DNA from: Bacteroidales bacterium
GTDB taxonomy: Bacteria; Bacteroidota; Bacteroidia; Bacteroidales; UBA1715
Assembly: GCA_045615765.1 (NCBI GenBank)
Contig: JAZLFM010000047.1
Coordinates: forward strand, 6,370-70,369
DNA length: 64,000 nucleotides
Direction of reading: 5' to 3'
The notes beneath the pieces are model-generated. The model was not told the DNA's origin. It did no database searches and saw only the letters and a program-made list of their open reading frames with translations. The first letter of the stretch is position 1. The number at the start of each line of letters is the position of its first letter. The position numbers and the translations under genes were made by a program. This document shows, piece after piece, positions 37,783-48,146 of this stretch.

Positions 37783-40194
37783 CTAAGCTTCAACAGGTAT
37801 TGCAATTCCAATTTTGTTTGCAATCTCACTAAAGATTTCTTGTTCAGGAGTTTCCAAGGAAACAATAAGTGAATATTTAACCCGAACATGTTCATATTCA
37901 AGATAATTCCTGAACCATCCACTCGATGGGTAAATTGCTATTTTATTACAGCTGGCCAACTGAGCAGACGTCATCTCAATACTATCAGATATTATACTTC
38001 CTTGATTACGCATCTGCTTTCCTATAGTCCACCTTGTATTGAGTTCTGAATTGGCCACACGCTCTTCTTCATTCTCTCGAATTTTTTTGATTCTATTTTC
38101 AAACGCATGGACATCTTCTGTTGGACCATTTACATCAAAGTTGAGACGTAAAGATTGATACGTATATTTTTTCAACATGCCACGAGCTCCTGGTGAAGGA
38201 CAAATATAGTACGATAGTGTTATTTTCAATCTAACATTTATTCCACTCATCTGTAATAACGTATCTTTCGGCCAAGGCAATTCATATAGGTTCATACGCC
38301 CAAACTTCAAATTGTTGCTAGCCCCTCTAACGTATGGCTCAATGGTATCTTCCGCAATAAAAGTAACATAACTATCGGAAGAAGCAAGCGCCTTTCTTTC
38401 ATTGGGTACACCATATCCACAAGTATGTAACAAAGCCAATTTGTTCAAATTGCCATTCTCTTCGAACAGTTCCTTCATCTTATCCGTCCATTCTGCAGAA
38501 TGAACGAGCAAAGCCCTTATTGATAGCGGACTGAGATCAGGATTGGTATTCTTAATCTTTCCAGCTAATCTTGCAGCCATTGCTGTAGCTGCACTTGTTG
38601 CATTTGACGTTGTAAACTTTCGTCGGATTGGCTGAGCATCTGCACAAACCAACGACAAATCATCAACAGCATCTATCGTATTGCCATTCAAGATGCCATT
38701 TCCACCTTCCATCAATATCTCTGGCTTGATGATGGATTTGCCCCACTGAGTTGAAGTACGGCTAAAAGGACTTATGCCTTCACAAGGAGCAATAACTTGA
38801 GCATTTCTGTATTCAGGATTAGCTATTGCGATCTTTCTCGTATATGCTCCTACTGTAATTGCATTCCATGCCTGTGCAGGATCGTCTATTTGATGAGTAT
38901 GAAGATAATCAGGATAATCGACTCCCCCTGTTTCTTCAATATTGCCAGCGGATATGAACATTATAGAGTCACAGGAGCCATCATTGTAGAGCGACAAATC
39001 AATCGCGGAAGATGTAGAAGATGGAATACCTTCATCAGCATGATAACCTGATGTAACAGCCGAGCATAGTATTTCTGCATCATCTTCTCTTCCCTTCACA
39101 ATTGCATCTTCTGTAACAACTGCATACATTTCAAGCTCGTTCTGAGGTTCGTTTTCCCCTGGAATTATCTTGACAGATGACAAATCACTATACACCTCAA
39201 CTTGTCCTTGATTGTATATTACATCCGTTAGATCACCATACAATACCAAAGAAGCTAACCCTGTACCATGGTTCCTAAAATCGCGAATACTTTCATTAAT
39301 AGTCACCGAATGACAACGATCATCAGGTAGAAAATCCTCAATAAGCGGATGATGATTTGTGACGCCCGAATCAAGAATGGCAATTCTATTAGGGTTATTC
39401 GCAATGACTCTATCCGCTTTTATAAGATCTACCCATTCGTTTTGTTCTCTCATGCCATTTGCTTGAGTTAGAACATTAGGTCTTCTGTAAACGCGTATTT
39501 CTGACACACCCTTTATTGAATGGATTACTTGACTCAGTTGATTTTGATTGGCAGCCACCAAATAGACAACAACATCATTAAAGACTATATTTCTCATGCA
39601 TCTGGTAACTCCAATCGCATCAAGAGAGGCTTCAACACCTTCGGATTCAAACAATTCCTTGTCTATCCAAAGTTCATATTCAGCCGTGTTCCTCGAAAGA
39701 GAATCAAAATCTTCTCTCTTCGGAAAGAAAGAACTTAAATCCGAGCAACGTATGTTTGAAATAGAGTTCACCAATGTTGCATTCGCTCTATTCATACCTT
39801 CTTCTGGTTCAAGGTTATATTTGCCCAATCTGCCACTCAACCAATTAGATTGATTAGTAGGAAGGAATACAGTTAGACGTTCTTCCTGCTCGTTCTCAGA
39901 AGGGCCAATATTCATTACACGAGGCCCTTTCTTGGTATCAAACTTGTCTGTAGCATTTGCCGATTTCTCAACAGTAATATCCATATAAGTGCCCTCGACA
40001 CGAGAGATTTGCTCAGGCAACTAATCTGAAACTTGAGCAAATAAATCTATAGCACTAGAATACTGACTATTAAGCATGGTACTATGAGCCAACGCGTTTC
40101 CACGATCTATTATTTTTGAACGAGGAAATCCAGTTGGCTCATAATCTACCTGTGAAGATAGACCTTTAAGAATAATGTGTTGATGATCTGCCAT
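37783..40194 (-). pseudogene. ietS: IetS-like S8 (subtilisin-family) serine peptidase, interrupted by a single in-frame TAG (40021-40023)
   Basis: S8 triad contexts: AILDSGV (Asp), NHGTGLAS (His), SNATSAATAMAA (Ser). An ATG at 40194 overlaps the upstream stop (TAATG). From there, 57 sense codons lead to TAG and then 745 codons in the same frame. Confidence 0.65.
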
Positions 40195-41168
40195 TAACCT
40201 ATCTGTTTCAGAATACTACATCTCTGATTAATAGCATCCTCTATCATTTTGTTGTTTAGTGGTTCATCGTTTAACAACGAATCCTTGACAGCATCCACAC
40301 ATGCTGATGTGATTTCAGCATGGCTCATACCCTTTAACAAAGGCAATAATTTTTCAAGCGATACCTTGGTAGCATCAAAGCCATATAAACAATTTGACAA
40401 CAATGTTTGAATTTCATTCTCTTCGGGAAGAGAATACTCTATTACATCATCAAATCTGCGAAACAATGCTTTATCCAACTGTTCTCCACAATTTGTTGCG
40501 GCAACAATGATACTATCTGATTCAACTCTCTCCATCATCTGCAAAAAAGAGTTTAAAATTCGTCTCATTTCTCCGACCTCATTGTCATGACCTCTTTGCA
40601 AGCCAATAGCATCAAACTCATCAAAAAGATACACACCCCTTATATTCGAAATAAGTTCAAATACTTTACCTAATTTCAGACTAGACTCACCCATGTATTT
40701 AGTTATGACACGTTCCATTCTCACCACATAAAGCGGGATGTGAAGTTCGTTAGCCAAGATAGAGGCCGTCATGGTCTTTCCCGTACCTGAAGGACCAGAA
40801 AGCAAAACTTTGCTTCTATTTGTCAGATTATTTTTGAATAAAATGTCTCTCTGAACGTACTCCCGAATAATCCTCTTCAACTTATTCTTTACCTCATCCT
40901 TACATACGATATTTCCCAAGCCAACCGAATCATCAACCTCCATAACAAATTCTGATAGTTCGGAATTGATAGAAGTCAGACTCCTTGTGAAGAAACGAGG
41001 TTTCTGATTATTCACTAGATCCGTTATATTTCGAGACAAAACCACATGACCAGCCTTTGCCTCCACAGCAGCCATTTGAAGGGCAATCTCTCTGAAACGG
41101 TTATCATCCGCCTCAACGTGACTCTTTACGAGAGCTAATATTTGATTTGCGTTTGGCATAAGCAACAT
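40194..41168 (-). CDS. ietA: IetA-like AAA+ ATPase
   Basis: Walker A GPSGTGKTM and Walker B VYLFDEFDAIG, with AAA lid-like helices. It is paired with an S8 protease, as in the IetAS defence system (Gao et al. 2020). Confidence 0.65.
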   Translation of the reverse strand: MLLMPNANQILALVKSHVEADDNRFREIALQMAAVEAKAGHVVLSRNITDLVNNQKPRFFTRSLTSINSELSEFVMEVDDSVGLGNIVCKDEVKNKLKRIIREYVQRDILFKNNLTNRSKVLLSGPSGTGKTMTASILANELHIPLYVVRMERVITKYMGESSLKLGKVFELISNIRGVYLFDEFDAIGLQRGHDNEVGEMRRILNSFLQMMERVESDSIIVAATNCGEQLDKALFRRFDDVIEYSLPEENEIQTLLSNCLYGFDATKVSLEKLLPLLKGMSHAEITSACVDAVKDSLLNDEPLNNKMIEDAINQRCSILKQIG

Positions 41169-41345
41169 CGGTTTAATAACAGAAAAACACTAACACACCT
41201 ATTCGTAACTTGCAAAAGTAAACTTTTATTTCCACAAAGGCAATTTTCGTACATGCAAAAACGTAATGTAAAACTTCCCTTTTTTTAGACAATATAAAAT
41301 TAGACATTTTTTGAATTAATCATTATTAGCATAAAATTTATTTTC

Positions 41346-41505
41346 TCAAAAATCATAGGGAGTTTGATTATTAAAGGATTTATGGGGTCGTTGCTTGTTG
41401 TAGAATGTCATCCAAAGTTCCGTAATCTCTCTTGCTTATCCTATAGTTCTGAATATATATGCATCAAGCACAGTCCTCCGATAACTACCATTAAAGTGCT
41501 CTAAA
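41346..41505 (-). pseudogene. remnant of the C-terminus of a DDE (rve-type, IS3/IS481-like) transposase
   Basis: The minus-strand translation is EHFNGSYRRTVLDAYIFRTIG*AREITELWMTFYNKQRPHKSFNNQTPYDF*. This is the characteristic end of rve integrase-core transposases, here with an internal stop. Confidence 0.6.
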
Positions 41506-41671
41506 TTCTTGTAAATACAACATTTATCTACTTACGTAATTACACTTTCCCCCAAAAAACCAGCAAATCATTCGTGTTTTCTTCCGTTTTTGCAAAACAA
41601 ATGACTTTGACAGACAAACTCTCCTATTATTTTCACTATCAATAGTGAATTTATTATATCTTCGTACCCAA

Positions 41672-43252
41672 ATGAAAAAACGAATCGCACTATTATTGAC
41701 ACTGTTTCTTCCTATTCTTACAATAGGACAAAATAATAGTGTATTCAATTGCCATTCTTATCAGCCATACGATAGATATTTATATAAACAAGAAAACCGA
41801 TTTCATACTACAATAAAGCCATACAATTTGCAAGATGTTAACGAAATCGTACATATAGATACTCTTTACAACAAGCCTTGTAAAAACAAGGTTATAAATC
41901 ATATTCTAAACAATAACCTTATTTCCTATAACTCAGAGGATCTTAATTTTACAATTAATCCTTCGTTTAATTTTGAACTCTCGCAACATACAGGAGAGAA
42001 CAACGACAAATTAGGCTGGATAAACGACCGTGGTATTTTCATAAAAGGAAACATAACTGACAAAGTACATTTTTACACCTGTTTTCATGAAATTCAATCT
42101 AATTTTTCAGATTATAGAAACGACATCATCAGCAAAAATAGTTTCTTCGTACCTGGAATTGAATTTGCTCGACATTTAGGCGAGCATAAAGATCTTGATT
42201 ATGCATACGTTGAAGGCTATGCTTCATATACCCCAAATAAGATTTTCAATTTCCAGTTAGGACATGGAAAGAATTTTATAGGTGACGGCTATCGTTCCCT
42301 GTTGCTTTCCGACAATTCATCCAATTACCCATATTTTAAAATTACTACAAACTTTAAGAATATACGATATCTACTACTGTACTCACAACAATACTATAAA
42401 CCTTATGGACGTAAAATTTTTGTTAGATATTCTGCTAAATGGAATTACACTCATTATTTAGATTGGAGTATTACGAAATGGTTTACCATAGGACTATTTG
42501 AATCTATAATTTCTGCCAGCGATTCCACCAACACTCACACGTTCGACATTAATTACATTAACCCTTTACCTATCGTTATCCCAAGAGAAAGAGATGAAAG
42601 TTATAGAGATAATTGCATAATCGGCATTACGGGTAAAATAACGCCGTTCGTAAACCATATTTTCTATGGTCAATTCTTTGTAAATACAAATGAATTCAAA
42701 CTACAAGAGATGTTTACCAACTATTGGGGCAATAGAATTGGCTATCAATTGGGATATAAAACGTTTGATATCGCTAAAATTAAGCATCTTGACTTTCAAA
42801 CAGAATTCAATTACGTAAAACCTTTCACCTATTCCCATAATACGACTTCAGGCTCTTACACCCATGCTCAGCAAACTCTTGCACATCCGTACGGAGCAAA
42901 TTTCTACGAATCGGTTTCTTTTTTGCGTTATAATTGGAAACGAATATTCTTTGCTACCTCTTTCGATTATATTGTATATGGAGCTGACACAGCTTCTGCA
43001 AACAATGGCAACAACATTAAGAAAACTTTTATCACAAGAAACACCGATTACCCAACTAAATATATTAATGGAGACATAAATAAAAACATAAAAACTGACT
43101 TTTCCATCTCCTATCTTTTGAATCCTCTGTATAATATGAATATAACACTAGGAACAACATACTATTGTAAACATACATCTTCTACTAAAGAAAAGCAATT
43201 GATTTACTATATAGGATTTAGAACTAACTTAGGAAATTTTTATTACGATTAA
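41672..43252 (+). CDS. Wzi-like capsule-assembly outer-membrane beta-barrel protein (putative)
   Basis: Signal peptide MKKRIALLLTLFLPILTIGQ. GHGKNFIGDGYRSLLLSDNSSNYPYF resembles the Wzi motif. Aromatic C-terminal residues (NFYYD) are consistent with an outer-membrane barrel. Confidence 0.45.
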   Translation: MKKRIALLLTLFLPILTIGQNNSVFNCHSYQPYDRYLYKQENRFHTTIKPYNLQDVNEIVHIDTLYNKPCKNKVINHILNNNLISYNSEDLNFTINPSFNFELSQHTGENNDKLGWINDRGIFIKGNITDKVHFYTCFHEIQSNFSDYRNDIISKNSFFVPGIEFARHLGEHKDLDYAYVEGYASYTPNKIFNFQLGHGKNFIGDGYRSLLLSDNSSNYPYFKITTNFKNIRYLLLYSQQYYKPYGRKIFVRYSAKWNYTHYLDWSITKWFTIGLFESIISASDSTNTHTFDINYINPLPIVIPRERDESYRDNCIIGITGKITPFVNHIFYGQFFVNTNEFKLQEMFTNYWGNRIGYQLGYKTFDIAKIKHLDFQTEFNYVKPFTYSHNTTSGSYTHAQQTLAHPYGANFYESVSFLRYNWKRIFFATSFDYIVYGADTASANNGNNIKKTFITRNTDYPTKYINGDINKNIKTDFSISYLLNPLYNMNITLGTTYYCKHTSSTKEKQLIYYIGFRTNLGNFYYD

Positions 43253-43272
43253 AATTACTACCACTATAAAAT

Positions 43273-43302
43273 AAAAATGCCCACTTTGCAAGAGTGGGCA
43301 TT
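43273..43302. repeat. 30-nt hairpin aaaaatgcccactttgcaagagtgggcatt, copy 2
   Basis: Perfect copy of 37211-37240. It lies between the convergent Wzi-like and tagA-like genes. Confidence 0.85.
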
Positions 43303-43344
43303 TTTATTGCTGCAACTATCTTAATTTTTGTTTTTTATACCTAT

Positions 43345-44148
43345 CTACTTTTCTGAAAAAGGATTCTTATATACTCCTATTATTTGTTTCAAAAAATACC
43401 AAAAGAACACTAAATCACAAAAATAACGTTTTGCCATGCGTTTTGGTTCACACCATATACGATAAAGCCATTCCAAAGCAAATTTCTGGAAAAACTTTGG
43501 CGCTCTCTGTACCGAACCTGCTTCAAATTCTATCGTTGCTCCAAGAGCCATCCAGATTTTTACATTCGGCATTTCATTCTTCCAACGCATTATCCATTTC
43601 TCCTGTTTTGGAGCACCCACACCTACTAACACCACATTGGCACCACTCTCACGAATCATGCGAACAATTTCATGGTTTTCTTCATCATTCTTCTCAAAAC
43701 CAAATGATGGACTATATGCGCCAATTACCAATTGACACCCACATTTTTCATTGATTCGATTCATAGCAAGCTCTGCAATCTCTTGTTTAGGTGATCCTAG
43801 AAGAAAAATTCGAGCCTGTTGTTCTCCTATTTCTTTATTTTTTTCTGCATGATACAGGTAAAAATGTGTAAAAAAAGAACTTCCTGGTATTGGTTCAGGG
43901 AACGATTTTTTTAGCATCTTCGAGCATAGCCACAAAATCTTTGAATCACATATTACCCATTCTGCACTTTTGTAGCATTGATAGAATTCTTCATCTTTCT
44001 GCAACTTTACCAAATGGTCTAAATTCGGAGTAATTAATACACCGTTACCTGTATCTGAAACTCCCAGGAGCTTCCTATCTAAGCCCTTTAACAACTCATT
44101 CTCTGTAATGCAAAGTGCCTCTATATTTAAAACCCTTATTTTATTCAT
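43345..44148 (-). CDS. WecB/TagA/CpsF-family (GT26) glycosyltransferase
   Basis: ITPNLDHLV...FLLGS...VGVGAPKQEKW...GATIEFEAG...RAP...LEWLYR...EPKR. Confidence 0.8.
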   Translation of the reverse strand: MNKIRVLNIEALCITENELLKGLDRKLLGVSDTGNGVLITPNLDHLVKLQKDEEFYQCYKSAEWVICDSKILWLCSKMLKKSFPEPIPGSSFFTHFYLYHAEKNKEIGEQQARIFLLGSPKQEIAELAMNRINEKCGCQLVIGAYSPSFGFEKNDEENHEIVRMIRESGANVVLVGVGAPKQEKWIMRWKNEMPNVKIWMALGATIEFEAGSVQRAPKFFQKFALEWLYRIWCEPKRMAKRYFCDLVFFWYFLKQIIGVYKNPFSEK

Positions 44149-45166
44149 TTCCTATAAATCGTCCTTTTCAATAACCAACTATACAACCAAGCAATTACAT
44201 AAGCAATTACGAATGTCATAACAATCCATAATGGAAGAAAAAGAACTTCTTTCAACAAATAGCCCATCACGACATACACCAACAAATGTACTAGGTATAA
44301 TTCATATCCAAAGCCACTTGCCCACATAAAGAAATTCTTTATACAAGCAAGACATTCGAAAGAGCAACTAACCTTATATACAATCAACAAACAAGATAGA
44401 TATGCAACTAAAGAAGGAATATCATTATACAATTTCAGTATGCCCCCTTTCCATCCCATAAAGCCAGTCAAGCCCATGCCAACTACCGCACCAACTAACA
44501 ACCAAATCCATTTCACTCGGTTGATGTCGAAACATTCAGATTTTTCAACATATATCTGCGCCAACCACATTCCCAATACAAACTCCCACAAATACTGAAG
44601 AAAACAACTACCCCAAGGTCTCATGTCCTCATACCCCAGCAATCCAACCACCGTTGCCCATCCAATGCTAATCAATCCGCTAATCAATAGCCCATAACCG
44701 CTGACCGAGGAATTACCCCCCCGACTCGTGCTATTCGCACTATCAAAGGCCAGCAGATATAGAACTGAATAATCGTGCTGATAAACCAGAAAGGATAGCA
44801 AAGACTCACATCCAACTCAGCGTCAAACATCTTGTACAGCAACAGGTGACTCAACCCCTCACACCATAAAAAACTGCCACTCGATGCCAGAAACCATAGC
44901 ACCCATGCCATCACCATAATAGCATATGGCCAATACACCTTACCGAATCTCTTTTTCAGGAACTCACCATACCCCACCGGTTTACGCAGATAACTCAGAT
45001 ACAAACCGAACCCACTCACCAGAATAAACACATGTACACCAGCACCTCCAAAAGCTACAACTTTATTTAATACACCAGAAAGACATCCTTGCACCAAGTG
45101 CATCAACGCAATAGTAAAGATGGAAAATCCACGGAGGTAATCTATTAGTTCTAGTTTCTTATGCAT
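44145..45166 (-). pseudogene. acyltransferase-3 family O-acyltransferase, frame broken at a G7 tract (plus-strand C7 at 44716-44722)
   Basis: The N-terminal ORF (MHKKLELIDYLRGFSIFTIALMH...) and the C-terminal ORF overlap. They switch frame exactly at gtc ggg ggg g. With G8 the two read through as one protein of about 340 aa. Confidence 0.7.
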
Positions 45167-46187
45167 ATTTATTCTTTCTTATTGCTTTAATTCTATTAAC
45201 AACAATAGAATAGATAAAAAAAAACAGAATAATAACTAATGCTTCATATTTTATCAACGAACCTATGGATACAACATGAGCAAAAATAATCACAAAGGCA
45301 TAATGAACATAATATATATTTGTAGAATGTTTTTTCCCTAGATCTTCCAAAAGACCGGCTCCTGCATTCTTATTTTTAAGGCACAAGGAAAACAGACACA
45401 CCGATACAGGAATTGTACAAAGTACAATATTACCATTTGCTTCAGGAATGCCAATATGGCGAAGAAATAAACTCTCTATATATAAAAGCGTGATTGATAT
45501 AATAAGAATTACTCCTAGATGTCTAATCTCACATACAATACCATTATGTTTTTTCAGTAACATTCCTATACCTAAACATGGCAGTCCCACAGTAACAACA
45601 TTTCTTGAGAATGATTGCTGTAAATCGGTAGGTAAGCCTAAAACAAAACCATATTTCCCTAATATCAAATTAAGAAATAATCCTATTGGTATAAGAATAT
45701 AAAAGATGGATTCTCCATATCTAAAATTCTTTAAAACTAGCAATACTACGAGTGCTTGAACATAAGCATTAAGGTACCAAGCCTGATAAACTAATTTTCC
45801 TCCAAATACAAATACGCTTGCCCAATAACTTATTTTCAGCATATCTTTATCAAAAAAACCATTGAAAAGATAGATACAGAAATACAAAAGCAAATACAAA
45901 GTATTAATTATAATAATTATTTTTACTAACTTGATGATGTTTTCTTTTGTTTTTTGAGTATTAAACCATACATCATCTTCGAAAGTGAAATATCCTGTTA
46001 TCATAAAAAAAATTGGAACCGCTAATCTGCACAAAGGCATACAGTACTCTTTCCCAATAAGATTACTATGAATGATAACTATAGCCGAAGCACAAATTAA
46101 CCGAAGTGACCATAAAGAAGGAACATTTTGTTTGCCCTCATTTGTTATTAATTGTGCTTTGTTTGTAGAGTCTTTCATTATCGACAT
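45159..46187 (-). CDS. acyltransferase-3 family membrane protein
   Basis: 342 aa with about 10 TM helices. The N-terminal LRLICASAIVIIHS is typical of the family. Confidence 0.6.
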   Translation of the reverse strand: MSIMKDSTNKAQLITNEGKQNVPSLWSLRLICASAIVIIHSNLIGKEYCMPLCRLAVPIFFMITGYFTFEDDVWFNTQKTKENIIKLVKIIIIINTLYLLLYFCIYLFNGFFDKDMLKISYWASVFVFGGKLVYQAWYLNAYVQALVVLLVLKNFRYGESIFYILIPIGLFLNLILGKYGFVLGLPTDLQQSFSRNVVTVGLPCLGIGMLLKKHNGIVCEIRHLGVILIISITLLYIESLFLRHIGIPEANGNIVLCTIPVSVCLFSLCLKNKNAGAGLLEDLGKKHSTNIYYVHYAFVIIFAHVVSIGSLIKYEALVIILFFFIYSIVVNRIKAIRKNKYA

Positions 46188-47239
46188 TACGATTCTCTTA
46201 CGAAGGAAGTTAGCAAATTCAACAATTTCTTAGCACTAATATCCCAACCATATCTATCGAGAACAAGTTTTGCATCACAGACCTCACGACAGAGCACCTC
46301 ATCCAAATCAATATCAGTATCGTATGCATCAATGTAATAGGCACTTCCTTGGTAGATCTCTGGCAAACATGTAGTATTTGCTACTACGACCTTAGCCCCA
46401 TGACACAGTGCTTCCATTGGTGGTATTCCAAAACCCTCATGGATGCTTGGAAATATAAAGGCTTTGCAATTTGCATACAATGCCACAATCTCTGAATCAG
46501 ATAGAAAACCCAAATAATGAACATTGGGCGTGTTATCGATATCAATACTGCTATTTTTTACACGAACACCACTTAACACAAATGTGTCGTTAGGATGTTT
46601 TTTAGCATAATCTACTACCCATTTGGTATTTTTGTTGTAATTGATATTTCCTAATGTGAAATAGAAATTCCCCTTCTTGAGATTGAATCGTTCCAAAACA
46701 GTTCCATCAGCCACCATACCTTTCATGTGCTGCCATCCATTGCTAACGACATTCACGCGACTTGGCTCTATACCATAAGTATCAATAAGGCTATACTTTG
46801 AGAAATACGATACTGTCAGAATCGGATATTTAGTATGTTTCGTTGCTTGCCAATACACCAATTGATGCCATGCGACAGACAACTTACCATGAAGAGTTTT
46901 GAAATATTCAGGATGTGTCTTGTAGGCTGCATCATGAATACAAATAATGCCAGGATGAAGAAGAGGCTGGCTGTTGCATAGATTCACAGTCGTATAACTA
47001 TGCTTCTTTGCAAACATAGGCAGATCCCATTGTTCCCATATCAAACCGCTATGAGGTCCCATCTCTATCACCTCAAAGTTATTGTATGCTGGTACGTCTG
47101 TAGTTCCTTTTGGAACGGCAACTGTCAAAAGTCCCTTAGGTGCTATATTGTCCAATTCGAGCATTAACTCTCTTGCGAACCTATGTACGCCTGTCGTTTT
47201 CTGAGAATACAGCAAGCCGTTTAATAATAATTTATTCAT
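46187..47239 (-). CDS. GT1-family (GT4-like) glycosyltransferase
   Basis: C-terminal FIFPSIHEGFGIPPMEALCHGAKVVVANTTCLPEIY (E-x7-E region). The start is set at MNKLLLNG. The longer track ORF overlaps the upstream gene. Confidence 0.8.
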   Translation of the reverse strand: MNKLLLNGLLYSQKTTGVHRFARELMLELDNIAPKGLLTVAVPKGTTDVPAYNNFEVIEMGPHSGLIWEQWDLPMFAKKHSYTTVNLCNSQPLLHPGIICIHDAAYKTHPEYFKTLHGKLSVAWHQLVYWQATKHTKYPILTVSYFSKYSLIDTYGIEPSRVNVVSNGWQHMKGMVADGTVLERFNLKKGNFYFTLGNINYNKNTKWVVDYAKKHPNDTFVLSGVRVKNSSIDIDNTPNVHYLGFLSDSEIVALYANCKAFIFPSIHEGFGIPPMEALCHGAKVVVANTTCLPEIYQGSAYYIDAYDTDIDLDEVLCREVCDAKLVLDRYGWDISAKKLLNLLTSFVRES

Positions 47240-48146
47240 TATTGTTTCTTTTGTCGTTGATAAATTTTTTGTTTTGAAGCATACCCCATACTTTTTTTGC
47301 ATGAAGTAGTTTAGATACTCCAATAAACGGGTTTGAACCATTTTTTAAGATTACCCATAGAACATGAAAAATATATCCGAAACCATATTGGTAAGCACCT
47401 CCAATGTAATAAAGGACTGACATTTGATATTTCCCATACCCATATTTTTTCAAAACTTTATTAGTACGTATTACAGATTGTAGTCTTGATTCAAGACGAT
47501 CCTTAGACAAAGTATTAGTAATGCTACCTTTTGCTACAGTAATCACATATAACGGGTCAGACTCACAGAGGACTTTATTTGACTTGCAGGCTATCATAGC
47601 ATTAAACATCAAGTCGTTAGCTGCAATGATTTCTTCGTACCATATATTGTTATTAAGTACGAAATCTCTATTTACCATTTTGCTCCATGGAGCCAAGAAT
47701 CTACATTTAATTTCTTTGGCATCTCTTGTTTTTTCATACCGACTAAATAATTCGTTTATGTGTTCAGCACGATAGGCAGGCTCCAATGTATCACTATAAC
47801 AACTCTCTACATTGAAGTAAACGACATCCGCATCTGTATCTTGGTATTTATCTACAAGTCTTTCAAAATTTCCCGTATAGAAATCATCAGAATCAGCAAA
47901 AAGTAACCATTTACCAATTGCTTTTTTTATTCCCGTATTCCTAGCACCTCCTGCATAAACACCTTCATTTTGATATAACTCAAAATTATAGTGTTTTTTA
48001 TAAGAGCATACTGTATTTAATTCATCTGTTGAACTACCATCGTCAACAACAACAACTTGAATTGTTTCCAAGTTTGGTATACTATCCAACAATCTTTTCA
48101 ATAGGAGTGATGAATTTTTATGAGGAATAATAATTGAATACTTCAT
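47232..48146 (-). CDS. GT2-family glycosyltransferase
   Basis: YSIIIPHKNS...VVVVDDGSS...ADSDDF. Confidence 0.8.
   Translation of the reverse strand: MKYSIIIPHKNSSLLLKRLLDSIPNLETIQVVVVDDGSSTDELNTVCSYKKHYNFELYQNEGVYAGGARNTGIKKAIGKWLLFADSDDFYTGNFERLVDKYQDTDADVVYFNVESCYSDTLEPAYRAEHINELFSRYEKTRDAKEIKCRFLAPWSKMVNRDFVLNNNIWYEEIIAANDLMFNAMIACKSNKVLCESDPLYVITVAKGSITNTLSKDRLESRLQSVIRTNKVLKKYGYGKYQMSVLYYIGGAYQYGFGYIFHVLWVILKNGSNPFIGVSKLLHAKKVWGMLQNKKFINDKRNNNE

Noticed and set aside
46187-47341. Long form (384 aa) of the GT1 gene
   Set aside because: The first 34 codons overlap the upstream GT2 gene. An internal Met (MNKLLLNG) at 47239 gives the usual short overlap.
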